Shown in pieces: positions 30,513 through 43,522 of a stretch of DNA of 64,000 nucleotides. Below the pieces are notes generated by a model. That model was given only the letters and a program-made list of their open reading frames with translations, was not told the origin of the DNA and searched no databases. Each line of letters begins with the position of its first letter. Within the stretch, counting starts at the first letter, position 1. Made by a program: the position numbers and the translations under genes. This stretch comes from Tubiluchus corallicola (taxonomy: Eukaryota > Animalia > Priapulida): the NCBI GenBank assembly GCA_030141605.1, contig JAQGDQ010000040.1, forward strand, positions 124,001 to 188,000, given 5' to 3'.

Positions 30513-30759
30513 GACTTGCCATGGTCATAATCGTTAAGAAGACAAACTGCCCATTAAGTCTCAAAAATCTTATTTTTTATAGGAGCTTTCGTCCTTCGCG
30601 CCCTTCGTCAGCTGAAATCTACTTGTATGGCTTATCTAAGATTTAGGCCATACAAGTAGATTTCAGCTGAAGTGCGCGAACGACGAAAGCTCCTGTAAAA
30701 AATAAGATTTCTGACACTTAATGGGCAGTTTGTCTTCTTTGTGATTATTACCGTAAGTC
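30513..30759. mobile_element. Palindromic Penelope-like-element-derived repeat with degenerate minimal hammerhead motifs
   Basis: Inverted arms of ~115 bp centred near 30636. Left arm on the minus strand reads CTGACGAAGGGCGCGAAGGACGAAAGCTC; right arm on the plus strand reads CTGAAGTGCGCGAACGACGAAAGCTC. Confidence 0.65.
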
Positions 30760-33044
30760 ATGTGCGTTTTTTCACAAAGACTCTATAATTTATTATGTTA
30801 TTGTACGGTTATGATAAATAAATATAAAAACTTAAAACTTCGAAAAACGGATACACGACAACAATAAGCGGCATTATGGACACAACAATGCAGGCAATTG
30901 AGCAGAAAAAGCTCAATGAACGAGTACCCCAATGCTTCGCTTTGCTTATTTATAATTCAGTAATGAGGCAATTAAAGTTTATATTGTCATTGCCTGGTAC
31001 GGATAAATTACTAATCGTTATCATTCCCAGTTTCATTACGTGTTTACTTAGTTTTAGAACATCATTAGTCATTAAATTGTAATAATCAAAATCAAATCTT
31101 TCGTGGTGCATCCAAATGCACAAATGAAGTAATTTATCTTGTACGTTCTTTACTGCACCAAACTTTACTGTTTTATTGTAATGACTAAAAAACCAAGCTT
31201 TCGTGTTTTTGCATACCCTAGTATTGACAATAACAAGAGAACTCGTTATATAATCATAATATTACAGTTTTGTTGACCGTTTATGATAAAGCAACTACGC
31301 ATTTAATTAGTGCAACTTAATAACTGTGGACAAACGAATTTAAGCATCTCTTGTTCTGGAACTTGTAATACAAGAAATATTGTTCATTTTCTCATTGCTC
31401 TGTTAGCTTAATTATAGCAACAGCGCCTTGGTCTTATGTATATATGCACAAATGGTAAATAATTACTTATTCCCATAACTAAATATGTGAACTGTTGTTT
31501 ATTTCCTAATTAATTTTTACAAAAAAGGTGGCAACAGCATCATAAGCTTTGCATCACGATCACTTATTCCCAGGTATATTGCATCCCTTTTACGGATGGA
31601 ATGTACCCGCTTGTATGGATTTTGCATGTCAACACATCAGCTGCCTCAGCTGCAAAACAGTATGATGTAATTAACTCACTAGAGGCTTCTCAGCTCCAGC
31701 TAATTAGTCAGATAAATAGAATACAATCAATCAGTTGATGTGGTAGTTATACCTGCAGAAGTAGAGGTGAAACACTTCCTTTCAAATTAGCCACAAAGTG
31801 TATAGAAAGCCTAAGGAAGCATACGTTTAAATATGGATGTATGAGCTAGCATACACTCTAGTAGTAATGGAATTAAGTTCAAAATAAATGTACAGTGATT
31901 TCTACGCAGCAGACGTCGCACGCTAACGAAACTAATTAGTTGAAATGCAGTAAGCTGAATAATCAGTCACGCACATTTCCATACAGTTGTCAATTATTAT
32001 TGATTGATTTCATTTTTGTAATAGGATACTTTACAATTATTGATCCCGGCCTGTATTACCATTTACTAATTTTAGCACCAACCTATGTTTACATATCTGT
32101 ACTAAGTCAGTTTTTTGAACGTAATAAAAACTATCAATTGCAACTTTCCATCTAGAGTTTCACGTTAAGTGTGCAAATGTACGAAATCAGATTTTTAGAC
32201 CTATAACAAAACTGTAACAGTTGAAACACATCAGAAAATGCCTCCAAAAAAAGACAGAAACAGCAGCTAACGACTGCCCCATTAAGGCTGCTTTCAAACC
32301 CAACGGGAATGAATGAAGCCTTATTACGGGCGCACATCAATACTAATCGAGTTTGTAATTCCTACGCGAAATATCATAGCTCTGATTGATGTCTGATGGA
32401 GCTTAGTAAGTTCCAGAAATCATGTTCAATAATTAGTAACTGTACTGAAACATGGGTACGCCACGCTGACGAGCATCGTGATTTCGTAAATTCAGAGATC
32501 GACAGTCGGTACAAAACCACGACTCCCTGCCTCATAAACTTACTGGCAGACAGTTTCTCACAGAATTACCAAATAATGTAAACACGCATGAAAAACACGA
32601 AAAATGAGTAGAGGTTTTGTAACGATTTGTCACTTATTCTGTTATACTTACTTGATTGCAAGAAATAAGTAAACGTATTTAATAGTTTCGATCAAGGATA
32701 TGCGCGTGTGATATCAAAGTTTTACGTGAAAGATTAAATGTTTTTATCGGACATCCAAAAAGCTGATCTTCATTGAAAAAAACTACGACCGCACGAACTT
32801 GTTGCAGAAGAAAAATTATAATGCTTTTATACTTACATTTGCAATAAAATTGTTTTGCAATCGGCAACATATTTGTCTATTTTTAGATTAAGTAAAAATA
32901 ATCTAATCATGTATACACACACTTGCGCACTATATTTGGCGTTTAAATATATTGGACCACATTCGCACATTTACTGTGCTGTTTGTGAATAAACGTTTGG
33001 GGTAGTGAAGTAGCTTTTAAGCGCTTGATTGGCCATTGTGATGT

Positions 33045-33826
33045 GGGGTACGAGACCATTGGGCACGAGACATTTAAGCACGGGGACACTTGGGCATGAG
33101 AGATTTGAGCACCGGCACACTTGGGCATATGAGAGATTTGAGCACCAATGAAATTAAACAGTGTGCCAATAAGACTTTACGTTCTATTTTACAAATATCA
33201 CATTTTTTAAGAATCATCATTTCACTAAATTAAATCTACGCAATAATATATCATAATATATAATGAGAACCAGTCAGTGGATTCTGCACTATGTGGTTTT
33301 CCACTTTCAGTATTATGTATAGTTTTTAAAATGAACGAAACAGAAGATGCCGTAAGTTTACAGAAGCATTTTAGTAAAATATGACAGTGTTTTATTTCAA
33401 AAATATTTAACGTATCACAAAAAACACCGAAATAACGGAAACCATTAATGCCACTAGAATCAATGGCCAATTAATGAGCCAAATGATGTGATTATGTATT
33501 AGCAGTAATTCTAAGCTTTTTGTTGTATCTCTGGTGAAATGCATGATAATAACGTGCTCAGCACATCTGTGTTATAGCGAGTTATAGTTTCCCAGTTTTA
33601 ATTACGCGATCATACTCACGAAAATAATTATTTCGTTTCTTAAATCTTTACGTTTTAAAATTACATGGTAGGCTAACTACTAATCAGGCAATGAACGCAG
33701 ATTCCCATAAAAGTTAACTTACTAGGTAGGTCATGTACATAACATATATTCTCAAGTTATCAAGTCAGTGGACTGATGTGCGTCAATGCTGGCACCCAAA
33801 CGGCCGTGGCCAAACGTCTTGCCCCC
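33045..33826. mobile_element. Non-autonomous element with inverted 15-bp subterminal tandem repeats
   Basis: Units like gagacatttgggcac at 33045-33146 and related units in the opposite orientation at ~33790-33826 (gcacccaaacggccgtggccaaacgtcttgccccc). Confidence 0.45.
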
Positions 33827-34430
33827 ATGAAGTGACCCCGCTGGTTCATTGACGTTTCCCGATCCCTTTATTGCATCCCAGCGCGGACTGTGAAATTTTT
33901 TGAAAATTGTTAAGTAACTGCCTCTCACCTCAGGGAAAAACAATGATGTGAAGTTGGGAGTCCTGGGTGGTCGGTAGGATCTGGTTTTAGGTTATACACC
34001 TTTCTTAGTGCCATGATGTGGAAATCAAAAAGCCTTTTTATTTGTTAAATAATAAATACTCAAGCATCCAGTGGCATAATTACACATTCACACACCCTGC
34101 AGCTACAGGGACGTGGGTTAGAGGAGGTCCTAAATCAGAAAGAACCGTCAAGAATGTCGAAGTAACAAACAATTACATTTACCAAACGTTTCAGGCATGA
34201 AATCACAAGAAATAAATAAAAGCATGATGTGACAGTTTTGTACCGATTTTAAAAACTGTAGTGCATAGGCCGCAAGAATTTTATCTTTTGATAATACCGG
34301 ATTATTTTGCAGGGCCAAAAGTGTAGTTACACTAATGCAAGCGTCTTAAAATTGATGCCATATATCAGTGAAAAAGACTTCTGATTAGATGGTTCCACGC
34401 TTTTGGAAATACCAGTGCCTGTACCATGTG

Positions 34431-34587
<157 letters not shown>

Positions 34588-34947
34588 CCCAAAGTGAGAT
34601 TCCTAACACCCAACTAATCAGTTGCCACTTCGGCAGCCAACCACAGACTCACTATTGCGTATATGTAAAGATCAACACAATTCGCCATATAATCATTTTG
34701 ACGTTACAAATCTACTTTCTTGCTTTAATGAGTTGTTCCAAGTTCTTTCAAGTTTGGACTGGCAGCAAATTTGTGTTCAAATCTTGATTGTAAAGAAAAC
34801 CTCTCAAATACGAAAAATGAAAAGTGAAGTGACAGCAATTACGAACCCAAAAACCACAGTTTAACAGAAAACAGTAACAAAAGCAAATCACATTGTATCT
34901 TTCTTTTTATTTTAATACATCAGCATACCATACAATTATTTATTCTG

Positions 34948-37900
34948 CTAATGAGTGCCACCGACTTTCTGAGCCAGTCTTCTGTCTCGTTCCTCAGCAA
35001 TAGACAGCTTGATGCCTTTTCCACGGGGAAGAGAAATGTAAGCTTTCGTAGCCTTGCCAATAATAAATACGTTACTTAACCTGAATTATATACAAAAGAT
35101 ATACTTAAATATATCTTGCCATTTCAAACTTTTTACTATTACAGTGAAATGGAATCAGAACACGTGAATGAAAAGAGATGAAATTTGAGTAAACAAAAAC
35201 AAAGACAGGATTTTTACAATGATTCGCTGTAGAGAAACCATTCAAGGTAAACAGTTTTGTTGACACAAGTTTGGATATTGTTCAACATTGATTGACTTTG
35301 GTTAGCTTCACAAAAAAGTACTTTGTTACAATCAAGCTTAATTTGTAATACATAAGCATATGCTGGCCGACAAGGTGAGGATATTAAACACATACCACTT
35401 TGATTTGAGAAGCACATTTATTCACCAAAAATATGTCCTACTTATTTAACCATTTTGTTCAGTGTAAACCAGAACAGTTGCTTTTGAATAAATTTTTCAT
35501 TGTACAGCCAAACAACAGCTCATTCAACAACAATTTCGGCAACAGTTTAAACTAAGAAAACAAATTAAAGAGTATATGCTTTTGAAGAAACAACCATTCT
35601 TTTTTCTTTCAAAAAAATTGTTTGAAAAGAAAACGTAAATTAGTGAAATAGATATTTGTAACGTACATACCTGGTTGCAAAAGAATGGCCAGTGGCATCC
35701 TTGATATGGCAAATGTCAAAGGATCCCGGATGTCGTTCTCGGTGTGTAACAGTCCCAACACGCCCTATGTTGTGACCGCCGGTTATCATGCACAAATTAC
35801 CTAGAAGCAGCATTATGGAAATGTTTTAAATGTGCAAATTGGGGATGGACTCAAGTAAATAAAAATGATTGGGGCAGTACAAGCGTCATAGCTGAGAGCC
35901 GGACAAAACAAGGTAATCATAAAATCTGCGGGCAGTTTTACCAAATTTTTTACATCCAGTTCTACATACAATAAAACAAAGTATTGAAAAGTATGATTTT
36001 ATTACGTCATAGATTGTTTAGGGGTACAATATTGATATTGTTACTAGTAATGTCAATCTGGCTACGGACTATGACCTAGACTTTAGTGCACCAAGCATTT
36101 CACAGTTTATGTCTGCATGACCTGACTTTGTATGAAGCACTTCAAACGAAAGTTAGTTTTGTGGTGATTTTCTGGTATCAAAGCAATCTTTAGTCCAATC
36201 CTGAGAGTTTACTAACCAGTTCAGCATTTCCAAGGGGTAATTTATCTCACAGCCGGATAATTACTAACCAGTTAGACAATTTTTGTAATTTATTTACAGC
36301 TGAGAATAATACATTAGCAATTAAGCAGTTATAAATACAAAATGCTAAAATATATGATTACTAACTTATACAAAAAGTTAAACTAATGTATTTCTTCAAC
36401 AAAAAACTGAAATTTTGGTTTTTTGTAGTCATGCCGAAAAGGTACTAAAGCCAATTAGTGACAGAGCTTAAAGACTTAAACATTGACTTCATACTGTTAG
36501 TGGCAAACCAAAATGTGGAGAGAGTAGCTTTGATTGAGCCTTTCAATTAAAATACACGCAAACCGATGGATGGTTTTTGTGCAGTACATTATGAAATAGT
36601 CGAGGGGAATACTAGTAGTCTTACTTGTGCAGCCTTTTGTGTCTGGAACAGTTCTATTTTAAAACTCCTAAACTTTCACAGTTAATGTATAATAGTCAGT
36701 AGGTTGACAGCTAATGTTGACCCAGTATATATACACAGCACGTATCTACAGAGCAGAATGGCTGCTGGTCATTATTTTTCTGTTCGCTTGCGATGGGAAA
36801 TTAATAAGCACAACCTGATACATGTCAAAAAATGACCTGATACATGTCTACATTTGAACAGCTATAATATTAATTTAGCTTGAACAGTTAAAATTTGTCT
36901 ATTTTAAATTATTTAAAATGAACCACGCTTTATGCAGAACATTTTTAATAGAAGACTTTTGTAGACATTAAAATTGTCAATTAAAGCCACAAATAAAAGA
37001 TAAAATCTACAGTGTCAGAATGAAAATTTTATTACATTTCAGAAAATGTATGCCTTTTTTAAAATGGTGAAGCTACTGGCAGTTTAATGCAGAACTGTTA
37101 GAACAACCAGGAAAGAGTTAATGCAGTGTTCCATTGCAAATTTTTTTAACCACATAATCAAGTTTGTCAACCACATTTTTGTATTTAAACAAGATTGTTT
37201 CATTACACACGTTTAAATAAAAAATGATTCCACATATCTGTCAATCATATTTATTTTAATTTTAAAACATAAATACTTTAGATTTTTATATTAATAAACT
37301 TACCAGTATCAAACTTGATAAAATCTGTTATTTTTCCACTAGCGATGTCTACTCTAACGGAATCGTTTACTTTTATTGCTGGGTCGGGATAACGAATAGT
37401 GCGACCATCATGAGTAACAAGAAAGGGGACACCTTTTGGTCCAACAGTCAGCTTTTTCACTTTGCATAGCTTATACTATTAAGTAGAAAAAACTATTCTT
37501 ATTAAGTAGTAGTATTAATAGTGTGCTGAACTAAATAAAAATATTATCAAGCAAAAGCTACAATAATTATATCTTTTATTCTTAGTCTTTTGGTCTTACT
37601 GTCAAAATTTTAGTCTTTTGTAGTCTATCTGGTATGCCGAAAAGGCACAAAAGCCAATCTGCGACCGTTTCAAGACTTTCATATTGGCCTCATATTGACC
37701 ACCGGCAGACCAACAAGTGGACAGAGTGGCTTCGATTGGGCCTTTCTGCTAAATACAAAAGGTTGCTTTTTACACATTACATTGTTAAACAGTGAAATGA
37801 GATATCAGAAAGCTCACCAAAGCTTCGGCAGGAGAGATCCTATGAACAGCAAAGCGTCCCTTCACATCGTAGATCAGCCGAAAATATTCATTGGTTCTTT

Positions 37901-40900
37901 GTATGTGAATAACATCTGCACAGAAAAGATATGTTACTTCATCTGTACTGCACATATATTTCAAATTTTTTTGCAGAAATTTTATATAATAATTTGACAT
38001 ATTTGCCTAATTTTACAAAAAACAATTTACTTTCAACAATTTTTCTGCAAATTTGTTTTTTAAACAAAAACTACAAGTTGTTCACCTTGTTTGATGCTAG
38101 TCCATAAGCTGAGCAATATGAGATTGTTCTGCACAATTTATAAACATTAAAAATTCATAATTTAAAGTTGATGATAAGGAATTAAAAAGTACAAGTTTAA
38201 CAAGATTTACTCGAACATGCCAAATAACTGTATAGGCAGTAAAATAGTACAGTATACTCCGCTTAATAAATCCACCTTGGTGCAAAGTTAAATGGTTTTG
38301 TTAAGCAGCTGGATTTACCAATGGAAGTGATCTATTCAGTAGCAATTTCTCTGTTATTACAGTACATATTGCTTATTTTTGAAGCCTAGACTCTTGACAC
38401 TAGGTAAACTGCTTGCAAAAAGTTTTTAAGCAGAACGCGATAATTAAAGCAACTCTCGTGAAATTTATGATCCAATTACCTTTTACACATGATAAGCTAT
38501 TTGACAAACGAGTAAGTAATTCTAATAAACAAAATGCAGATATAAGTTTAAAGTCGAAATATGTTCAGTGTGGTCTGGTTTAGCAGACTTTTTCGAAGAT
38601 GCATTTGAAATGTCTATGTTCAGTGAAGTGTCGCAATTTGCAGTGTTTCCAGCGTGTCGCATTTCAGCAGCCGATACAGCAATTTCTGGTTTTTCTCATC
38701 ATCACTGCTGTCTCGTTACTGAGAGTCACGAAGTGAAAAAAATGCAAAGGTGTAAAACAGATGTGTTGTCTTACATTACAAGTTTGTTAATGTTCCAGCT
38801 CATAAGGTGGATTTATAAAGCGAAGTTTGGATTTTACTTAGCTAAAGTATTATACAATTTCGTTCCAGCAATAGTGGTCACAATAAGTGGCTGGATTTAT
38901 TATCCATGGATTTTTTAACCAAAATATACTGTATAGGGTGGAAATGTTGGTCCAACAAAATAGCAGTTTCTGCGAAATAAATGGACATGTGCCAATTTGA
39001 AGGAACATTAATAAAAGTATAGAATAGACTAGTATTATAAAAATTAATAGTAAATACTACTGGTGTCAAACTGAATCTGTACATTACATAGTACTTTAGA
39101 TATTACAGTTTGTCACATAACAGTTTTTTTAGTTTGAATTAAAACCATGATATTATTAATTAAAAGTAATTAAATTTATTATATTGTACTCATTAGGGAT
39201 GTTAAATGATACAAATTTGGTGATACGATACTTTTTTCTAATGATACGATAATGATAAACTATCTCTTAGAAGATACGATAACTCATTTCAAATGATAAA
39301 AATGATACTGAAGCTAGGTAATTTATGCAACAACGGCAAAAGTATCATTAATAATCAAAATTATTAAGTGCCTCAGTGTGTTCAGTGCTATATACTTAAA
39401 TGACTGCTAGTTACAAGACACAAGTTTGTCTGTCATAATGATTCATAAATAAGTAAGCTGCGACAGATAAACATATTACTGCAATAAAAGTATTTTTCTT
39501 TGCGAACTATAAATAACTGCAAAGATAAATATATTGCCTTAGCAACAGTTATACATATTACTGTGATAAAAACATTTTTCTTTGCGAGCTATAAATAACC
39601 GGGAAAGTGACACTAAAAATACGGTACAGTGTATTCGACATCCGCGTGTCAGTATCAAAGCACATAAGGTGTCTCTATAATTTGTCAGTATGATTCAGAA
39701 TGTTGATAGCCGTTATTGCCAAGTGAAAGTACAAGAAAATAATTCGGCATCCGACAAGCTTATAATTTTGAATATTTCTTTTATTCATTTCTTTGCATTA
39801 TACTGTAAAGAAATAGAAAAGTGAAGCAATTTTATACAGGCAAGCGATAAATAACGATAAGTGCCAAATTTGATACGATATTCCTAGAATAATATCGACA
39901 CGATAAGGATATAAACATATTATTCGTACTGATAAGTATCGTTGTCGTTAACATCCCTAGTACATATTGAATTCAATATAGTAAACATGATATTTTAATA
40001 GGCTTAACTATAAAAATACATATTTATAACCATTGGGTGTTACAAGTTTCGCTTGTTAAATTTAACTTAGTTGTAGTAATGTTGAGCATCTCGACAAATG
40101 TTTTCGACATAATTCACTCGATCCAATTCTTTATAAGTGCGCGTTTCGCCCATTTTTTCACTATAAAATTAACGATGATGCAGATTCAACACTGCCTAGC
40201 AGCAGTGCAACATTACAGTTCAATTAAACATATAGGTATGTATTAAATAACCCAGAAAAGCATTTGTACAGACCAAAATAAGGCCGTATAGGTTTGCATT
40301 TTTACCCTAATAAGAATTTTACTCACGATGTACCGTTATTTGGAATGCAAGAGTAAATAACAAAGTGACTGACTGCAATTTTTTTTACAAAAGTTATTTG
40401 TTGAAAAATTTATTGAATAGTTTTTCATACTATGTAGCGACAACCATGGTAATTATTTAAATACTCTCACCCATAAATCCGGCAGGGTACGTGCTATCAG
40501 TGCGAATTTTCCCATCTACCTTCACTGTACGTTGCATTAGAATTTTCTTGACTTCATCTCCAGTCAATGCATACTTTAGGCGATTTCTCAGAAAGATGAT
40601 AAGCGGGAGACACTCTCTCATTTTGTGTGGACCAGCACTTGGCTTTGGAGCCTTAAAAGCAAATTTGACTAAATTTAAATACGAAAATCTGAATAAATAT
40701 ATATTTAAAAAAAAGTAATTATGCACCTTAAACTACATTGAATATCTGTAAGTAGTAAGCTGTATATAGCAGATGATTTTAGTGCATAAGATTCCACACA
40801 GTCACAAATGATTCACGCATAAAAATCAACTATGTACACAAAATCGATCACATCATTGAGATGAGTAGGCAAAATTACAGTAATAGGTACCAGGTGCTTA

Positions 40901-43500
40901 ATTGTAATAGCCAAACTAATAATATAATTAATGCAACACATAGCTTTGATATGTCATTAAGCCTTTCACTACGTAGTTGCTTTTAAAAATAAGGCCGATT
41001 TGGTTTTTGCATATTTGACAATAACTTCTTGAGTGTGTTACTAAAACAGAATCTTGTAAATAAACAAATAGACATCTGTTAATAAACACTAATATTAATA
41101 TAACATTCACACATATCTGCGCACACATACATGCACTCATGCACGCCTACACGTTCACACCCACACAAATAAGCATATACATATAGTTAGAAGCCAATTT
41201 TCACAAAAGTCATATCTGTAAACCATAATAATGCATTATTTTATAAGAATGCAGAACAATCAACTAAGCATACATTTCACCAACTATTAACAAGCAATTT
41301 TGCATGAGAGCGTACTATATAGTAAGGTATTATGGAATGCACCTGGCTTCAGACGCTGAATGGCTGGTTAGGGCTACTTGTTGCAGAGCAACCAGAATCT
41401 CAGGGTGTTTAAATTTTTCTATGATGTATTTGCATGGCCATGGCAGTGAAATAAACAAACCTGGGTGATGATGTTTAGTGCTGAGCTCGGGCAGCAGTCT
41501 GCCACCTTCTGTCATTTACAAGAAAAATGTAGGCGGCAGTATGTTTGCAGCCAACCAACATTTGAAGCCAGGTGCATTCCATAATACTGTACTATATAGT
41601 ATGCTCTCATGCAAAATTGCTTGATAGTTGGTGAAACGTATGCTTAGTTGATTGTTCTGCAATCTTGCAAAATAATGCCATATTATGGATTATTAATGAC
41701 TTGTGAAAATTGTCTTCTAAATATATGTATGTGCTTATTTGTGTGGGTGTGCCACGTGTGTGCGTGCATGAGTGCAGTATGATGCCTTCCGTAGTGAAAG
41801 GGTTAATCACCAACAGCTGTTTACAAAACACAGACCTTGACTTAGATTAAATATTAATTTATACATAGATATCGATAATAAACCTGAAGAACATTACTTA
41901 TTTGACAAACGATAGATAAGAGCACATTTGACATGCTCAGTTAATGCATTATTCCTACAAACAGTATTTTACACACAAAATTTTTCCACCTATGAAAAAA
42001 AATCAGAAAGACTACATAGAACTTTAGTTATGTTTTTAAGAAATAGATATGGTACTTACAAAAGCCCCGGTCATTTTATCAAGCATCCAGTGTTTTGGCG
42101 CATTAAGCCTCTTCAAGTGCTTCTTTGGCCCGCGAGCCTACAAGTAAGAACAAACAAACCATGACATAATCTGGGCTCAAAAATGTGGTCCTGCTATTTT
42201 GAGCCCAGATGTACTATGAGCAGAAAAAATTATGAATGAAAATACCTGAGCAAGTTTTTCATGATACTGGAAGAAAGCAAAGATATTATGGTTTCGGTAA
42301 GCTTGCAAATGTGTTTCTAAGTAAGAGAACTAAAATGGAAGTGTTCCATTAAATTTAGTTGTGAACTGTTCAAATAATGCAAGTTCGGCGTATCAGCCTC
42401 TTATTGAATATTGGTATTTGTGTTTTAGTTTGCTTACATGTATATGTCTTACATAACAATTAACACCATTCAGTATTTTTAGCTATCTAAATTTACGGTA
42501 CATTAAACGAAGACGGGATGATTTTTCATATACTACCCCATTTTCAAGTCCGACAGAAAGTATACATTTTAACATAATTAATACTGCAAAAGTGTTTCTG
42601 ATAATTAAATAACAGACTGAAAACTTACTTAATGGCGGGCGAGCCCAACTATTAATGACATTACAAGCTAACATAATTTTCAGTAGCAAAAATATCCTAT
42701 GAGCGTGTTTGTGAAAATGAAAATTGAAGTACAGCACTACTGTAAGATATTCAGTGTGTTTCACTAAAACTAGGCAAGTTTTAAGATAAAAATTCAAATT
42801 TCAATTTACTGCTGTGCTCACGCATAAGTTGTCGGACGTGTGTAGTTTATTACAAACTAACACACCTGAACTGCGAGGGACAGTGCCTGGTTTTTGTGTG
42901 ATGTGTTTCTGAAATGCAGGTGCTATTGCCTGTCTAACTAGCGAATGGCAAAATGCATATAACAGCGAAGAACTAATGGTATGAACGCAAAATTGTTGTT
43001 TGTATGGTAATAATTCTTTCATGTAAATCATTTTTGAAAAAATAGTACGTTTCCTTTCAATATTTTAAAGAGTAGATTGTTTTGACCTACACTACAGTTT
43101 AAGAGTAGGTCCGGTTTTGCTTTAAAGCCTAAAGGTGTAAGTTTAATGCTTGTAGTTGTATGCTAAATAATGTCCGTTGTTTGTCGACATTAGTTATTCT
43201 TTATTTTAGCGAATTCGTGTTCAAGACGTGCTTAAACGTGCGCAGAATTTCAAATTTACTTATTTCCTAAGATTTCAAAGTTATTTGGCATTAAATGAAG
43301 CGGTTAAGATTTTGACAGATTCAGGAAAATAAAACAAAAGAAACATCTAACGCTCAAGTCTAACAACTTTGAAATAATATCTCCAAAACAAAATTAATAT
43401 GCTTTTGGTCGCTATTAGCAGCAAAATACTAAATATGGCAATATGCTTAAAGTGATTCGAGACGATTTTTTATTAGAACTTTCTGAAAACAACTAACCAT
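34948..43500 (-). CDS. RPS4: 40S ribosomal protein S4 (eS4), 7 exons, 264 aa
   Basis: Exons 43500-43498 (ATG only), 42137-42060, 40651-40471, 37915-37818, 37475-37304, 35800-35671, 35080-34948 (795 nt). [87 protein letters not shown] at 34939-34944 and 34906-34911. Confidence 0.98.
36410..36544 (-). other. Structured intronic element, copy A (retroposon tail or ncRNA)
   Basis: Homologous to 37606-37746. Outer stem gaaagg/ccttttc and inner stem aaagct/ggcttt; ends gactACAaaa. Confidence 0.5.
37606..37746 (-). other. Structured intronic element, copy B (retroposon tail or ncRNA)
   Basis: gaaaggcccaatcgaagcca...tggcttttgtgccttttcggcat, followed by repeated gactacaaaa/gactaaaa units. Confidence 0.5.
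39194..39959. mobile_element. hAT-type MITE in RPS4 intron 3
   Basis: TIR TAGGGATGTTAA / TTAACATCCCTA; 8-bp flanks gtactcat vs gtacatat (6/8 match); subterminal gatac/gatacgat repeats. Confidence 0.85.
41132..41776. repeat. Foldback element: ~220-bp inverted arms around a ~210-bp spacer (RPS4 intron 2)
   Basis: 41132-41351 matches the reverse complement of 41563-41776 with scattered mismatches and indels (e.g. tattatggaatgcacctggcttca / tgaagccaggtgcattccataata). Confidence 0.9.
42503..43125. mobile_element. Non-autonomous DNA transposon, Kolobok-like, copy 2 (RPS4 intron 1)
   Basis: TTAA at both ends (42503-42506, 43122-43125), imperfect TIR ACGAAGACGGGAT / GTCCGGTTTTGCT; inverted homolog of 19826-20445. 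Confidence 0.75.
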
Positions 43501-43522
43501 TTTGGAAACCGAAAATAAAAGG
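43501..43522 (-). promoter_or_regulatory. Pyrimidine-rich TCT/5'TOP-like leader of RPS4
   Basis: Minus strand CCTTTTATTTTCGGTTTCCAAA immediately before ATG|gttagt, as expected for a ribosomal protein gene start. Confidence 0.65.

Noticed and set aside
32466-32490. CTGACGAG..TTCGTAAA hammerhead-like motif
   Set aside because: GAAA box interrupted and stem II weak; compatible with chance.
38620-38705. Possible C/D box snoRNA in RPS4 intron 3 (minus-strand GTGATGA ... CTGA ... CTGA)
   Set aside because: No terminal stem, no C' box and no rRNA-complementary guide that I could recognise; a snoscan/Infernal run would be needed to revive it.
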